Positions 51,001 through 59,041 of a stretch of 64,000 bases of DNA are shown in pieces. The stretch spans positions 22,677-86,676 of the forward strand of contig CAZCRT010000008.1 of assembly GCA_964501185.1 (NCBI GenBank). The letters are read 5' to 3'. The stretch is from an uncultured Bacteroidia bacterium. GTDB taxonomy: Bacteria; CAIWAD01; BS150m-G50. The notes below the pieces were generated by a model, which saw only the letters and a list, made by a program, of their open reading frames with translations, ran no database searches and was not told the origin of the DNA. Position 1 is the first letter of the stretch. The number at the start of each line of letters is the position of its first letter. Made by a program: the position numbers and the translations under genes.

Positions 51001-51389
51001 GGCTTACTGTCAATCCAATGGCAGGCAGCGTTGGCCCTTACGACTTCACACTGCTGGATGTGATGTTTAACGCGACAGAAGTAACGGAAGGGACATATAC
51101 CGGGAGTATTACGATTTTCTCCAATGATCAGGATGAAAGCATTATCGTGGTTCCGGTCACCCTTGAGGTTGGTACCATTGAGCCCGATCCGATAACTGAC
51201 CTGCAGATCGTGTATGCGGGTGACAGCATATTCCTTTCCTGGAGTGCGGTTCCCGGAGTGACATTGTATCACATTTATGAGTGTGATACACCATACGGAA
51301 CCTTTATGAATGTGGGCAGTACGGCTGAGACTGAAGTAGTGCTTCCGGTATCAGCCGCTAAATTCTACCGTGTAACATCGGATTTCTAG
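48054..51389 (+). CDS. Secreted M14 zinc carboxypeptidase with large C-terminal accessory domains
   Basis: Signal peptide and HxxE motif (MHGNE). Followed by Ig/CARDB-like and jelly-roll-like modules and an FN3-like C-terminus. No PNPFN T9SS tail. Confidence 0.8.
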   Translation: MSKWIIVPTAMLVVLIQLTAAPAVDAAETRTLMKIDNATPLQMQLLAQGHYHVDRVVDNEVELWLNESELGKLQEQGIRPYSIPDQAYEMFLHLQATARDDGGWRDYHNYSQVTGYLQNLNDTYPDITELFSIGQTVDGRELWVLRITDNPDVEEDEPEFKYISTMHGNEPVGTEMLLELCDLLLEGYGLIPRYTNIIDNIDLSILPMMNPDGNDAGTRSNANGVDLNRNFPDQYDDPFNTPDGREPETAAVMNWTAAENFILSANFHTGALVVNYPFDSNPQGTNTFSPSPDEDLFVVMSEAYSIHNSPMWNGSFYHGITNGADWYCIYGGMQDWNYVWEGGMEVTVELSNTSWPDGSVLPQLWNDNRESMLSYLEYSLEGIRGVIIDADTGLPIAATVCLEGNPHETYSDPDVGDYHRICLPGTYTLVVSKQFYESATIPGVFVMDGMPTEVDVALTPLAPTPDLQLIATLIDDGGDGVLDPGETAWLTLELANEGNQPASSTLGIITGSNPELTINDGDGSWGTINPETTAWNSGDPFQMTLAAGCPVGEVLPLELNLTAGDYSTVISFSLTAGLQIEDFESGDFAGLPWTMDGSAGWIISGAPYEGAWCAQSGNIGNNQTSELHLTVDVVAPGDIAFQYKVSSEDTYDYLRFLIDGTPQAAWAGEEGWSEYSCAVAAGEHQFSWIFDKDNSVSHGSDCGWIDYIVFPPLAALPFPEIDVDPTAFSINLEPGESTLELLTIDNSGDAELDYTVQVSIDGEPTAVPHMELRKGEDDPRTGQFGRDQGRPDGFGHYWIDSDQPEGPAYNWIEISSVGTSPGDQDDGNYGPIPLGFTVDFYAWAYDAIRICTNGWLSFASTVTEYDNQGIPDSAEPNGLIAPFWDDLNPSSSGTVYYYADAANQRFIVEWDGVVLYGTEDAQTFQVIINADGTILYQYQTVTDGTSCTVGIENQDGSDGLEIVFNAPYLHDGLAILIDHSTPWLTVNPMAGSVGPYDFTLLDVMFNATEVTEGTYTGSITIFSNDQDESIIVVPVTLEVGTIEPDPITDLQIVYAGDSIFLSWSAVPGVTLYHIYECDTPYGTFMNVGSTAETEVVLPVSAAKFYRVTSDF

Positions 51390-51607
51390 TCTGACGTGGA
51401 TACCGGCAAGCCGGCGCCTGGGTCAGACGCTGTGCATGCAGCGGACAAATCCCCCGCTGATGCACAGCCCGCAGTGTAGAACGTGAATAACATAAAGCCC
51501 CGGGGTGAAGGAGTCAGCTGAGATCAAATCTGATCAATCCTCCATGCTTCTGTTGCACCCTGTCATTTGGACTAATCATCACAATCTGCTAGATTAACGG
51601 AACAATC

Positions 51608-52471
51608 ATGAGATTGTTCCGTCCAATAGCAAAAACAGGAACCACTATGCAGATGCAGAATCAGTACCGTCCATCGTTTCGTCAGATGCTTCCACAGGGG
51701 GTGCGCTGGCTACTGGGGCTCAATATCGGTATATTTCTCCTGCAGTCAATGATACCTTCCAATATCTGGTTGCGTGGTCTGGCGCTTATTCCTGCACAGG
51801 TCATTTCGGGAGCGCAGGTCTGGCGCCTGGTAACCTACATGTTTCTGCACGGTAGCCTCTGGCATCTGCTGATCAATATGCTGGTGCTCTGGATGTTTGG
51901 TGCTGAGCTGGAGCGACGCTGGGGGACCCGCGCGTTTCTGCGTTACTACTTCATTACCGGGATCGGTGCCGCACTGTTCGGATTCTTCACCTACCATGAT
52001 TACGTCATTGGTGCTTCCGGTGCTATCTACGCCCTGATGCTGGCGTACGGCCTGCTGTTCCCCAACCGTGTGATTTACCTGTATGCGGTTTTGCCTGTAA
52101 AGGCGAAATACTTCGTCATCGGATTACTGGGAATTTCTCTGCTCTCCGGTATTGGCGGTTCTTTTTCTGCCGGGCAATCGGGTGGTGGTATTGCCCACTT
52201 CGTACACCTGGGTGGAATGCTGGTCGGATTTGTCTACCTGCGCTGGGATCTGATTCAGAAATGGTGGCGGTCGTTTCAACATCAGAAGCGAATGCAGCAG
52301 CACAACCAGAAAAAAAATGTCGAAAAGGAAAAATTGCGTCAGGTCGAACAGCGGGTTGACGATCTACTGGCGCGCATCAGCGAGAATGGTTTTGATTCAC
52401 TCAGCGAGAAGGAAAAGACATTTCTGAAACAGGCCAGCGACTGGTTAGCCAGGCACAGAAAACATGAGTAA
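51608..52471 (+). CDS. Rhomboid family intramembrane serine protease
   Basis: GASGAIYAL (GxSG) and downstream His (HLGG). An alternative start is at 51644. Confidence 0.8.
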   Translation: MRLFRPIAKTGTTMQMQNQYRPSFRQMLPQGVRWLLGLNIGIFLLQSMIPSNIWLRGLALIPAQVISGAQVWRLVTYMFLHGSLWHLLINMLVLWMFGAELERRWGTRAFLRYYFITGIGAALFGFFTYHDYVIGASGAIYALMLAYGLLFPNRVIYLYAVLPVKAKYFVIGLLGISLLSGIGGSFSAGQSGGGIAHFVHLGGMLVGFVYLRWDLIQKWWRSFQHQKRMQQHNQKKNVEKEKLRQVEQRVDDLLARISENGFDSLSEKEKTFLKQASDWLARHRKHE

Positions 52472-53210
52472 GATACCGGGGCTGCACCTGCTGTCATTAC
52501 CGGCTTCACTGCCACCAGCCGGCGGTGAGCTTGAGTGGGAGGGAAAAGCAGCACATCACCTCCTGAAAGTGCTGCGTGTTTCGCCGGGTGACGAAGTCCG
52601 TCTGGGAGATGGCATGGGCACTATCCTGGCCGCCCGGGTTCTTCCCAAATCTCACAAGAATAGACTCCAGGTTTCAATTACAGAGGTTAGTGACACCCCA
52701 CCTCCGGCTCCATTGACAGTAGTATTCCCTCTGATTCGACGGGAACGGATGGAGTGGGGGATGGAAAAACTGGCCGAGATAGGGGTGCGGCGAGTTATCC
52801 CCTGCCGTTTTGATCATTCTGACAGCTCCCGGGGGCAACTCCGGGCTGAAAGACTGGAGCAGCGGCTGCGGGAGGGATGTCGACAGTCCGGCAATCCCTG
52901 GCTGCCGGAGCTGGGGGCAGTCATTGACTTCGATCAGCTGCTCTCTGAAGAGTTTCCTGTTCATCAGCATCTGTTCCAGGGAGCAATTGATGGGGACACT
53001 GCTGCTGATATCAATGACCGCATTGCACCGAATCAGACCGCTTTACTGCTGGTTGGCCCTGAAGGCGGTTTCTCGCAGCGGGAAATGGAATTGTTGTCCC
53101 GGCAGGAACACACTCAGTTCCTGCGACTTGGCAGGCACATCTTAAGGGCTGAGACTGCAGCTGTTCTGCTGGCGGCAACGGTCAGCGATCTGGTAATGAG
53201 AGACAGGTAG
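52464..53210 (+). CDS. rsmE: 16S rRNA (uracil1498-N3)-methyltransferase
   Basis: LLVGPEGGFSQRE motif of the RsmE SPOUT family. Confidence 0.85.
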   Translation: MSKIPGLHLLSLPASLPPAGGELEWEGKAAHHLLKVLRVSPGDEVRLGDGMGTILAARVLPKSHKNRLQVSITEVSDTPPPAPLTVVFPLIRRERMEWGMEKLAEIGVRRVIPCRFDHSDSSRGQLRAERLEQRLREGCRQSGNPWLPELGAVIDFDQLLSEEFPVHQHLFQGAIDGDTAADINDRIAPNQTALLLVGPEGGFSQREMELLSRQEHTQFLRLGRHILRAETAAVLLAATVSDLVMRDR

Positions 53211-53380
53211 TTCAGCCATAATACTGTTATCCCGATTAACACTTTCTGCAACGATTCCACACCTGCCCGGATCATAATCCTGACAGAGAAAACAGTTGCT
53301 AAAAGTAGGATATCCCTGTAAAATTAAGTCTCTGAAAACTGAAAAATTCAGAATGAAGTTATCGTTCAGACTGAAGCGAG

Positions 53381-53728
53381 GTGCATATGTCTGACTGTCT
53401 TTTCTGTCGTATCATTGAGAAAAAAATTCCAGCTGAGATAGTAATGGAACGGGACAACCTGATTGCTTTCCGTGACATTAATCCTCAGGCGCCGACACAT
53501 GTGTTGATCATACCCCGCAAACATATCGCTTCCATAGACGATTTGCAGGGTGAAGACACATTGCTGGTCGGAGAACTGGTTCAGGCTGCCCGTGAAATCG
53601 CAGCTTCAGAGAGGTTGGGAGAAGGATACCGACTCGTCTTCAACTGTGGTAAACAGGGGGGACAGGATGTGTATCATATCCACCTGCATCTGCTTGGTGG
53701 CCGCAGTATGAAATGGCCTCCAGGTTGA
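53381..53728 (+). CDS. HIT-family (histidine triad) hydrolase
   Basis: HIHLHLLGG histidine triad. Confidence 0.85.
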   Translation: MHMSDCLFCRIIEKKIPAEIVMERDNLIAFRDINPQAPTHVLIIPRKHIASIDDLQGEDTLLVGELVQAAREIAASERLGEGYRLVFNCGKQGGQDVYHIHLHLLGGRSMKWPPG

Positions 53729-53878
53729 TTAGCGATTCTCAGAAAGAATGGCCTTCGAATAATGTAGTAGATGAATCGCTTTTTAGTATTTCACACAGTG
53801 ATGTTCTGGTACAATTCCGTACGCATCGAAGAGTGAAATACTAACACTGATAGTACAAGCTGATGAAGGAGATTTGAG

Positions 53879-54127
53879 ATGCCCAGTTACAGCTACAAGT
53901 GTCTCGATTGCGGACATGAGTACACCATGTTCCAGAAGATGACTGACGAACCGCATAGCACCGGCTGCCCCATCTGCGAGGGCCGCGTGCATCGTCTGAT
54001 CGGTGCAGGTGCCGGTCTTGTGTTCAAGGGAACCGGTTTTTACATTACCGATTATAAGCGCAAAGAGAGTGCAGGAGCTGCTGTTGAATCCTCCGGTGGC
54101 TGCCAGGGTTGCAGCGCTAACAAATAA
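53879..54127 (+). CDS. FmdB-family zinc-ribbon protein
   Basis: MPSYSYKCLDCGHEY...CPICEG; 82 aa. Confidence 0.7.
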   Translation: MPSYSYKCLDCGHEYTMFQKMTDEPHSTGCPICEGRVHRLIGAGAGLVFKGTGFYITDYKRKESAGAAVESSGGCQGCSANK

Positions 54128-54181
54128 CTGCAGGTACGCCTGACCAGCAACCGGATGGCGTTTTGAAGTCGAGAGGAAACG

Positions 54182-54832
54182 ATGCCGATTATCAGTGACA
54201 AAGATCAACAGGTTGTGCGTGACATGTTCAATGTCATGGATAAACCGGTGAAGCTGGTTTTCTATGAGAAGACAGAAGATTGTCAGTACTGCGAGGAGAT
54301 AGACCAGCTGCTGAGTGAGCTGGTACAACTCTCTGATAAACTGACACTGGAAAAGAAAAACATCGACAGCGATCAGGAGCTGGCCGTTAAGCTGGCAGTT
54401 GATAAAGCACCCGCGATTGTGCTGCTGGGTGAAGATGATCATGATTATGGCATCCGTTTCTACGGTATTCCGGCCGGGTATGAATTCAGCGCTCTGCTGG
54501 AAGATATCACCATGGTCTCTCTGGGTGAGTCGGGGCTGCAGCATACAACCCGGACCGCATTGGAACAGCTGAAGGAACCGGTGAACCTGAAGGTGTTTGT
54601 CACACCCACCTGACCCCACTGCACACAGGCAGTTCGCCTGGCACATCAGATGGCCTATGAGCGAGAAAACATCACCGGTGAAATGGTGGAAGCACAGGAA
54701 TTTATGGCTCTATCACAGCGCTTCAAAGTGCGTGGTGTGCCACGTACGGTTGTGAACGACAGCAAATTCATCGATGGCGGCCTTCCGGAGCAGATGTTCC
54801 TGGAAAGGGTAGTGGAGCTGGTGAAGTTATAG
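54182..54832 (+). CDS. Glutaredoxin-like protein disulfide oxidoreductase (two Trx folds), predicted selenoprotein with in-frame UGA at 54611-54613
   Basis: Track ORFs 54182-54613 and 54650-54832 are in the same frame, separated only by TGA. The read-through gives ...LKVFVTPT-U-PHCTQAVRLAHQMAYE...VPRTVVND. The first Trx unit carries CQYC and the second carries U-P-H-C in place of CPxC. Confidence 0.7.
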
Positions 54833-55022
54833 TATTGTAAGGTTCATTGTTTAAGCAGCATTTCAACCTGTAGAGTTAATACTATGAGCCGGTGCTTCGA
54901 TTAGTATTGCAAATAGACATGTATATGAGCATCGGCAAAGATGACTGAACCGCAGCTGCTTCTTACAGCCGATATCCTGTGCACTGCGGCACAGGGCGGA
55001 TGAATTCACCGGGAGTTTCTTA

Positions 55023-55232
55023 ATGATTACAGCCGATGTTTACATTGAGGACCTGGTAGAAGATTATCCTGCTTCGGTAGCTTTTCTGCTGGAACGGAAG
55101 ATCGTCTGTATCAAGTGTGGTGAACCGATCTGGGGTACACTGCGGGAAACGCTTGAACGGGGTGAGGTTGAGGATATCGGACAGTTTGTTAAAGACCTCA
55201 ATGAATTCCTGGCCAACTCAATAAACTCCTAG
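55023..55232 (+). CDS. DUF1858 redox-disulfide small protein
   Basis: VCIKCGEP motif; 69 aa. Confidence 0.6.
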   Translation: MITADVYIEDLVEDYPASVAFLLERKIVCIKCGEPIWGTLRETLERGEVEDIGQFVKDLNEFLANSINS

Positions 55233-55350
55233 ATTCCACTATCAAATTTCGTAATTTGTGATACAGGGCATACAACTGCCTCTGTTGTTCTTTGAAGTTG
55301 TTGGCAGGGAGTCTGCGAGACTCCAAACATCACGTCATTACGTCATTCCT

Positions 55351-55704
55351 GGGGACGTTCAGGATTCGACGGGCTGGAAGTGACTTGGATCTGCATGTCG
55401 AGGTGTTCCGTCTGCTCGTAAAAACAGCGGTAAACAATTTAGTTGCCAACGACAACTATGCACTCGCTGCTTAATATAAACTAAGCAGCTGTCCCTCCAG
55501 GGGGTGCCGTTACTCCTGGTCCGGACATCATTTCAACGGCTGGCGCAACCGATTGCCTCCAGCGGAAGCGTGAGATTAAGGAGGATAACTCCCCAGAGCC
55601 TGTCTGACGGCTTCGAAGGGGGCGAAAACTCGTAGTCAGACTAAGCATGTAGATGATCCCTGGTGCTCCTTTCCGGACGCGGGTTCAATTCCCGCCGTCT
55701 CCAC
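55351..55704 (+). ncRNA. ssrA: tmRNA (SsrA), standard one-piece form
   Basis: 5' GGGGACGTTCAGGATTCGACGGG resembles E. coli GGGGCTGATTCTGGATTCGACGGG. 5' GGGGACG pairs with 3' CGTCTCC. T-arm GCGGG-TTCAATT-CCCGC precedes the 3' acceptor strand and discriminator A. Tag reading frame GCC AAC GAC AAC TAT GCA CTC GCT GCT TAA at 55445-55474 encodes ANDNYALAA, with the resume codon 94 nt from the 5' end. Confidence 0.9.
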
Positions 55705-55707
55705 TTT

Positions 55708-55757
55708 TAAAAAACCCGTTCTGCTTGATACTCAAGGCAGGGCGGGTTTTTTTATTG
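55708..55757 (+). terminator. Rho-independent terminator after ssrA
   Basis: AAAAACCCG...CGGGTTTTTTT with an internal CTTGA/TCAAG hairpin and a T-run. Confidence 0.7.
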
Positions 55758-55805
55758 AGTATCCATCTTGTGAATTTCGAACCTCAAATCGGTCAACAGA
55801 AAACC

Positions 55806-56921
55806 ATGCTTAAATGCCCTGACTGCAAAGTAGCTCTCATCCAACACAGGGGCCGCCCTGGCGCTTACTGGAGTTGTCCCGAATGTGGTGGTCGGTCAGT
55901 GACTTTTCCCCTGTTGCGCAAAACTATACCTCGAGTGTTAGCGAACAGTCTCTGGCAAAGGGCAACTACAGCTGTCAAGTCTGGCGACCGACGCTGCCCA
56001 TCCTGTCATAGGATAATGGTTGAAGTACCGGTTGGTGCAGGCCCACAGTCAGACCAGCTTGACATCTGCACAAGTTGTCAGTTTGTGTGGTTTGACCACT
56101 CTGAGTTTGAGGCGTTACCTGTGGAATCTGGTTCGAAACGAACTGAAGTGGAGATTTCACCAGAAGGATGGCAATCTCTGGGGGGACTGGAACTCGATGT
56201 AATTCAAAGGGAGCAGGATGAAGCTGAATCGAATTGGATCGGACCTGATGGATTATGGAAATGGTGCTCATCCTATTTTGGTTTACCGGTTGAGTATGAT
56301 CCCGGATTTCTGCAGCGGTGGCCTTTGCTGACCTGGTTCATCATCTTCGTAGTTTCCACTGCCAGCCTGGCTGCTTTTCAACAATTTGAGCTTACGACGC
56401 AAGACTTCGGATTCATTCCTGCCGCCTGGTCCCGTTATGGCGGACTGTCTTTTCTAACAGCATTCTTTATTCATGGCGGTGTAACACATCTGCTGGTTAA
56501 CATGTATTTCTTGCTGGTCTTTGGTGATAACGTTGAAGATTGGCTGGGGCGCTGGAAATTTGTTCTGCTGTTAATCCTGGCTGCAGCGGGGGGAGCACTT
56601 GCGCATCTTCTGGGAAACCCATCCTCTACTATTCCACTGGTTGGTGCGAGCGGGGGAATATCAGGGGTAATTGCATTCTATGTGTTCAGGTTCCCCCATG
56701 CACGACTGGGTCAGTTTGTTCACATATTCATCATCATCAGATGGTTGCGCATGCCGGCATATATGTGGTTCTGCTACTGGATACTGTTGCAAATCACCGG
56801 CGTCTGGTTCCAACTTAAAGGATTCAGCCATGTGTCAGTATTATCACACGTGGGAGGGGCTGCGGTGGGTGTGCTCTTCTGGTGGGTGACCAGGAGACAG
56901 GATATCTCAACAAAACACTGA
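55806..56921 (+). CDS. Rhomboid family protease with N-terminal zinc-ribbon domain
   Basis: CPDCK...CPECGG zinc ribbon; rhomboid core GASGGISGV and HVGGAAVG. Start is moved downstream of the tmRNA. Confidence 0.8.
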   Translation: MLKCPDCKVALIQHRGRPGAYWSCPECGGRSVTFPLLRKTIPRVLANSLWQRATTAVKSGDRRCPSCHRIMVEVPVGAGPQSDQLDICTSCQFVWFDHSEFEALPVESGSKRTEVEISPEGWQSLGGLELDVIQREQDEAESNWIGPDGLWKWCSSYFGLPVEYDPGFLQRWPLLTWFIIFVVSTASLAAFQQFELTTQDFGFIPAAWSRYGGLSFLTAFFIHGGVTHLLVNMYFLLVFGDNVEDWLGRWKFVLLLILAAAGGALAHLLGNPSSTIPLVGASGGISGVIAFYVFRFPHARLGQFVHIFIIIRWLRMPAYMWFCYWILLQITGVWFQLKGFSHVSVLSHVGGAAVGVLFWWVTRRQDISTKH

Positions 56922-56971
56922 TTCTAATTCCGGTTATTTACGTTAGATTTCATCTCTACGGGAACAGAGTA

Positions 56972-57925
56972 ATGCGCCTGTTCAAAACCACCTTTATCGT
57001 TCTGTCAGCCGTTGCCATCCTCCTGCTCCTCCTCATCGCCCTCTGGGTAATCTGGGAACACAAACGAAATCCATTATCTGCTGTTGATATCGAAGCCGGC
57101 CGGGTGGTACTGCAGCAGGACAGTGTTATTGTACCGGAAAACATCTCGCTGGAGCGAACCTATCGTCGAATTGTACTGGCTACCGAAGAGCTTGGTGAGA
57201 TAACATTCTCACTGAGTCTTCCGATGGAAATCCCGGTCACCGGATTACCATTGATCATTGTGCTGGGGGGACTTGAGATTGGTGAAGCCAATTTCGAGCT
57301 GATTGATGAACCGGGCGAGAACATCATCGCTATTTACCACTATCCATACAGCCCCCAATACTGGTATAAAGGCAGCGCTGCAGGGAAGATTCCATTGATC
57401 CGTCGCTCAATGTTGCGAGTACCGGCACAGGTAGCTAACCTGATCAAATGGGCAGCACCGCTGGACCAGGTGGACAGCGAGCGGGTCTGTATTACCGGCT
57501 ACAGTTTTGGCGCCATGTTTCTACCGGCGGTCTATCGTCTGGCTGAAAGCAGGCAACTGCTATTACAGCAGGGGGTAATTGCTTACGCGGGTACCGGAAT
57601 CTACGACCTTCTTGCATACAATCTCGGTGAACTTCCCAGACCGTTCCGATCGCTACTTGCCTGGCTGGCCGCTACCGCTATCCACACACTTGAACCAGCC
57701 CTGCACCTGCCACACCTGCACAATGAATTTCTGCTGATAAATGGTATCCGTGATCACCAGATCCCCGAGCATAGCTGGCGCAGGTTGCATCAACTGACAC
57801 CGGATCCGAAAACTACTGTAATACTCGATGAGGGGCATATGCATCCCGACAAACCGGCGTTGACCCGTAAACTGGTGGAGATCAGCCGGAGGTGGCTGTT
57901 GGATAATGAGGTGATTAACCCGTAG
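56972..57925 (+). CDS. Membrane-anchored alpha/beta hydrolase
   Basis: N-terminal TM helix and GYSFG nucleophile elbow. Confidence 0.55.
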   Translation: MRLFKTTFIVLSAVAILLLLLIALWVIWEHKRNPLSAVDIEAGRVVLQQDSVIVPENISLERTYRRIVLATEELGEITFSLSLPMEIPVTGLPLIIVLGGLEIGEANFELIDEPGENIIAIYHYPYSPQYWYKGSAAGKIPLIRRSMLRVPAQVANLIKWAAPLDQVDSERVCITGYSFGAMFLPAVYRLAESRQLLLQQGVIAYAGTGIYDLLAYNLGELPRPFRSLLAWLAATAIHTLEPALHLPHLHNEFLLINGIRDHQIPEHSWRRLHQLTPDPKTTVILDEGHMHPDKPALTRKLVEISRRWLLDNEVINP

Positions 57926-58023
57926 CGCGCCTTTTAATTTGCTTGAGAATAATCCAGCCATTACTTCATAAGACTGATTCATATTTGAGATTCCTGTAAC
58001 TGAGTGAAGGAGAGATTGAAGCT

Positions 58024-58479
58024 ATGAAAACAACATTGACAACCGCTATTCTGGTTTTGTTATTCGCTGGCAGTACTGCACGGGCAACCGGCAGTACCGG
58101 AATAGGCGTTATCATCGGGGAACCTACCGGTATCTGTGCCGTTAAAAAAATCAGTGACAGTAATTCTCTGGCTGCAGCACTGGCCTGGTCACTTGACAGC
58201 AACAGCTCAATGCACCTGCATGTGGATTATCTTTTTCAGCGGAACGACCTGCTGCCGTTACCTTTCTACTTCGGCATAGGTGGCAGGGTAAAACTGGTTG
58301 AGGATAACAATAACAACGAGTCAGATGCACATATCGGCCTGCGTATCCCGCTGGGTGTAACTTATCAGTTCACCGATTATCCGGTTGACTGTTTTTTCGA
58401 ACTTGTTCCGCTTTTCGATCTTTTACCGGGCACCGGTTTTGATCTGAACGCTGCCATCGGAATCAGGTACTATTTCTAG
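58024..58479 (+). CDS. Small outer-membrane beta-barrel-like protein (paralog 1)
   Basis: Signal peptide, alternating hydrophobic beta-strand pattern, C-terminal ...RYYF. Confidence 0.5.
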   Translation: MKTTLTTAILVLLFAGSTARATGSTGIGVIIGEPTGICAVKKISDSNSLAAALAWSLDSNSSMHLHVDYLFQRNDLLPLPFYFGIGGRVKLVEDNNNNESDAHIGLRIPLGVTYQFTDYPVDCFFELVPLFDLLPGTGFDLNAAIGIRYYF

Positions 58480-58516
58480 CAACAGGCAGGTACAGATATC
58501 GGAGGACAGTGAAGCT

Positions 58517-58981
58517 ATGAGAACAACACTCACAACCGCTATTCTGATGCTATTAATAGCGGGCAGTACCGTTAAAGCTGCCGACAGCGGTATGGGTGCC
58601 GGCTTCATCATCGGGGAACCTACAGGCATCTGCGCTGTTAACAAAATGAATGACAGTAACTCATTGGCTGCAGCAGTCGCCTGGTCACTCACCGGCAACA
58701 GCTCCCTGCATCTGCATATTGATGATCTCTTTTTTAGAAACGATCTGTTGGCTCTGCCATTCTATTATGGCGGTGGTATCAGGGTGCTGCTGGTTGAGAA
58801 TGGTGAGAATGAAGATGAAAACCGGGCTACCCGATTAGGTGTCCGGTTACCTCTGGGAGTCACCTATCAGTTCAAACCCCATCCGATCGACATGTTCTTC
58901 GAGGTGGTGCCGATCTTTGACCTGCTGCCAGGCACTGACTTTGATCTCAATGCAGCGGTTGGTGTGCGGTACTATTTCTGA
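58517..58981 (+). CDS. Small outer-membrane beta-barrel-like protein (paralog 2)
   Basis: About 55-60% identical to the upstream paralog, with the same C-terminal ...RYYF. Confidence 0.5.
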   Translation: MRTTLTTAILMLLIAGSTVKAADSGMGAGFIIGEPTGICAVNKMNDSNSLAAAVAWSLTGNSSLHLHIDDLFFRNDLLALPFYYGGGIRVLLVENGENEDENRATRLGVRLPLGVTYQFKPHPIDMFFEVVPIFDLLPGTDFDLNAAVGVRYYF

Positions 58982-59041
58982 TGATGTCTTCCTGAACGAA
59001 GATGAAGTGCCATTCACATGGTGAGAAGAGGGGGAAGCATT

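Noticed and set aside
55292-55474. 60-aa ORF ending ...ANDNYALAA
   Set aside because: This is the tmRNA tag-peptide frame read back to an upstream ATG. The region is ssrA RNA, not a protein gene.
55499-55505. GGGGGTG downstream of the tag frame, considered as a possible 5' acceptor strand of a circularly permuted (two-piece) tmRNA
   Set aside because: A better 5' end GGGGACG at 55351 pairs perfectly with the 3' CGTCTCC and places the resume codon at +94, which is the standard one-piece architecture.
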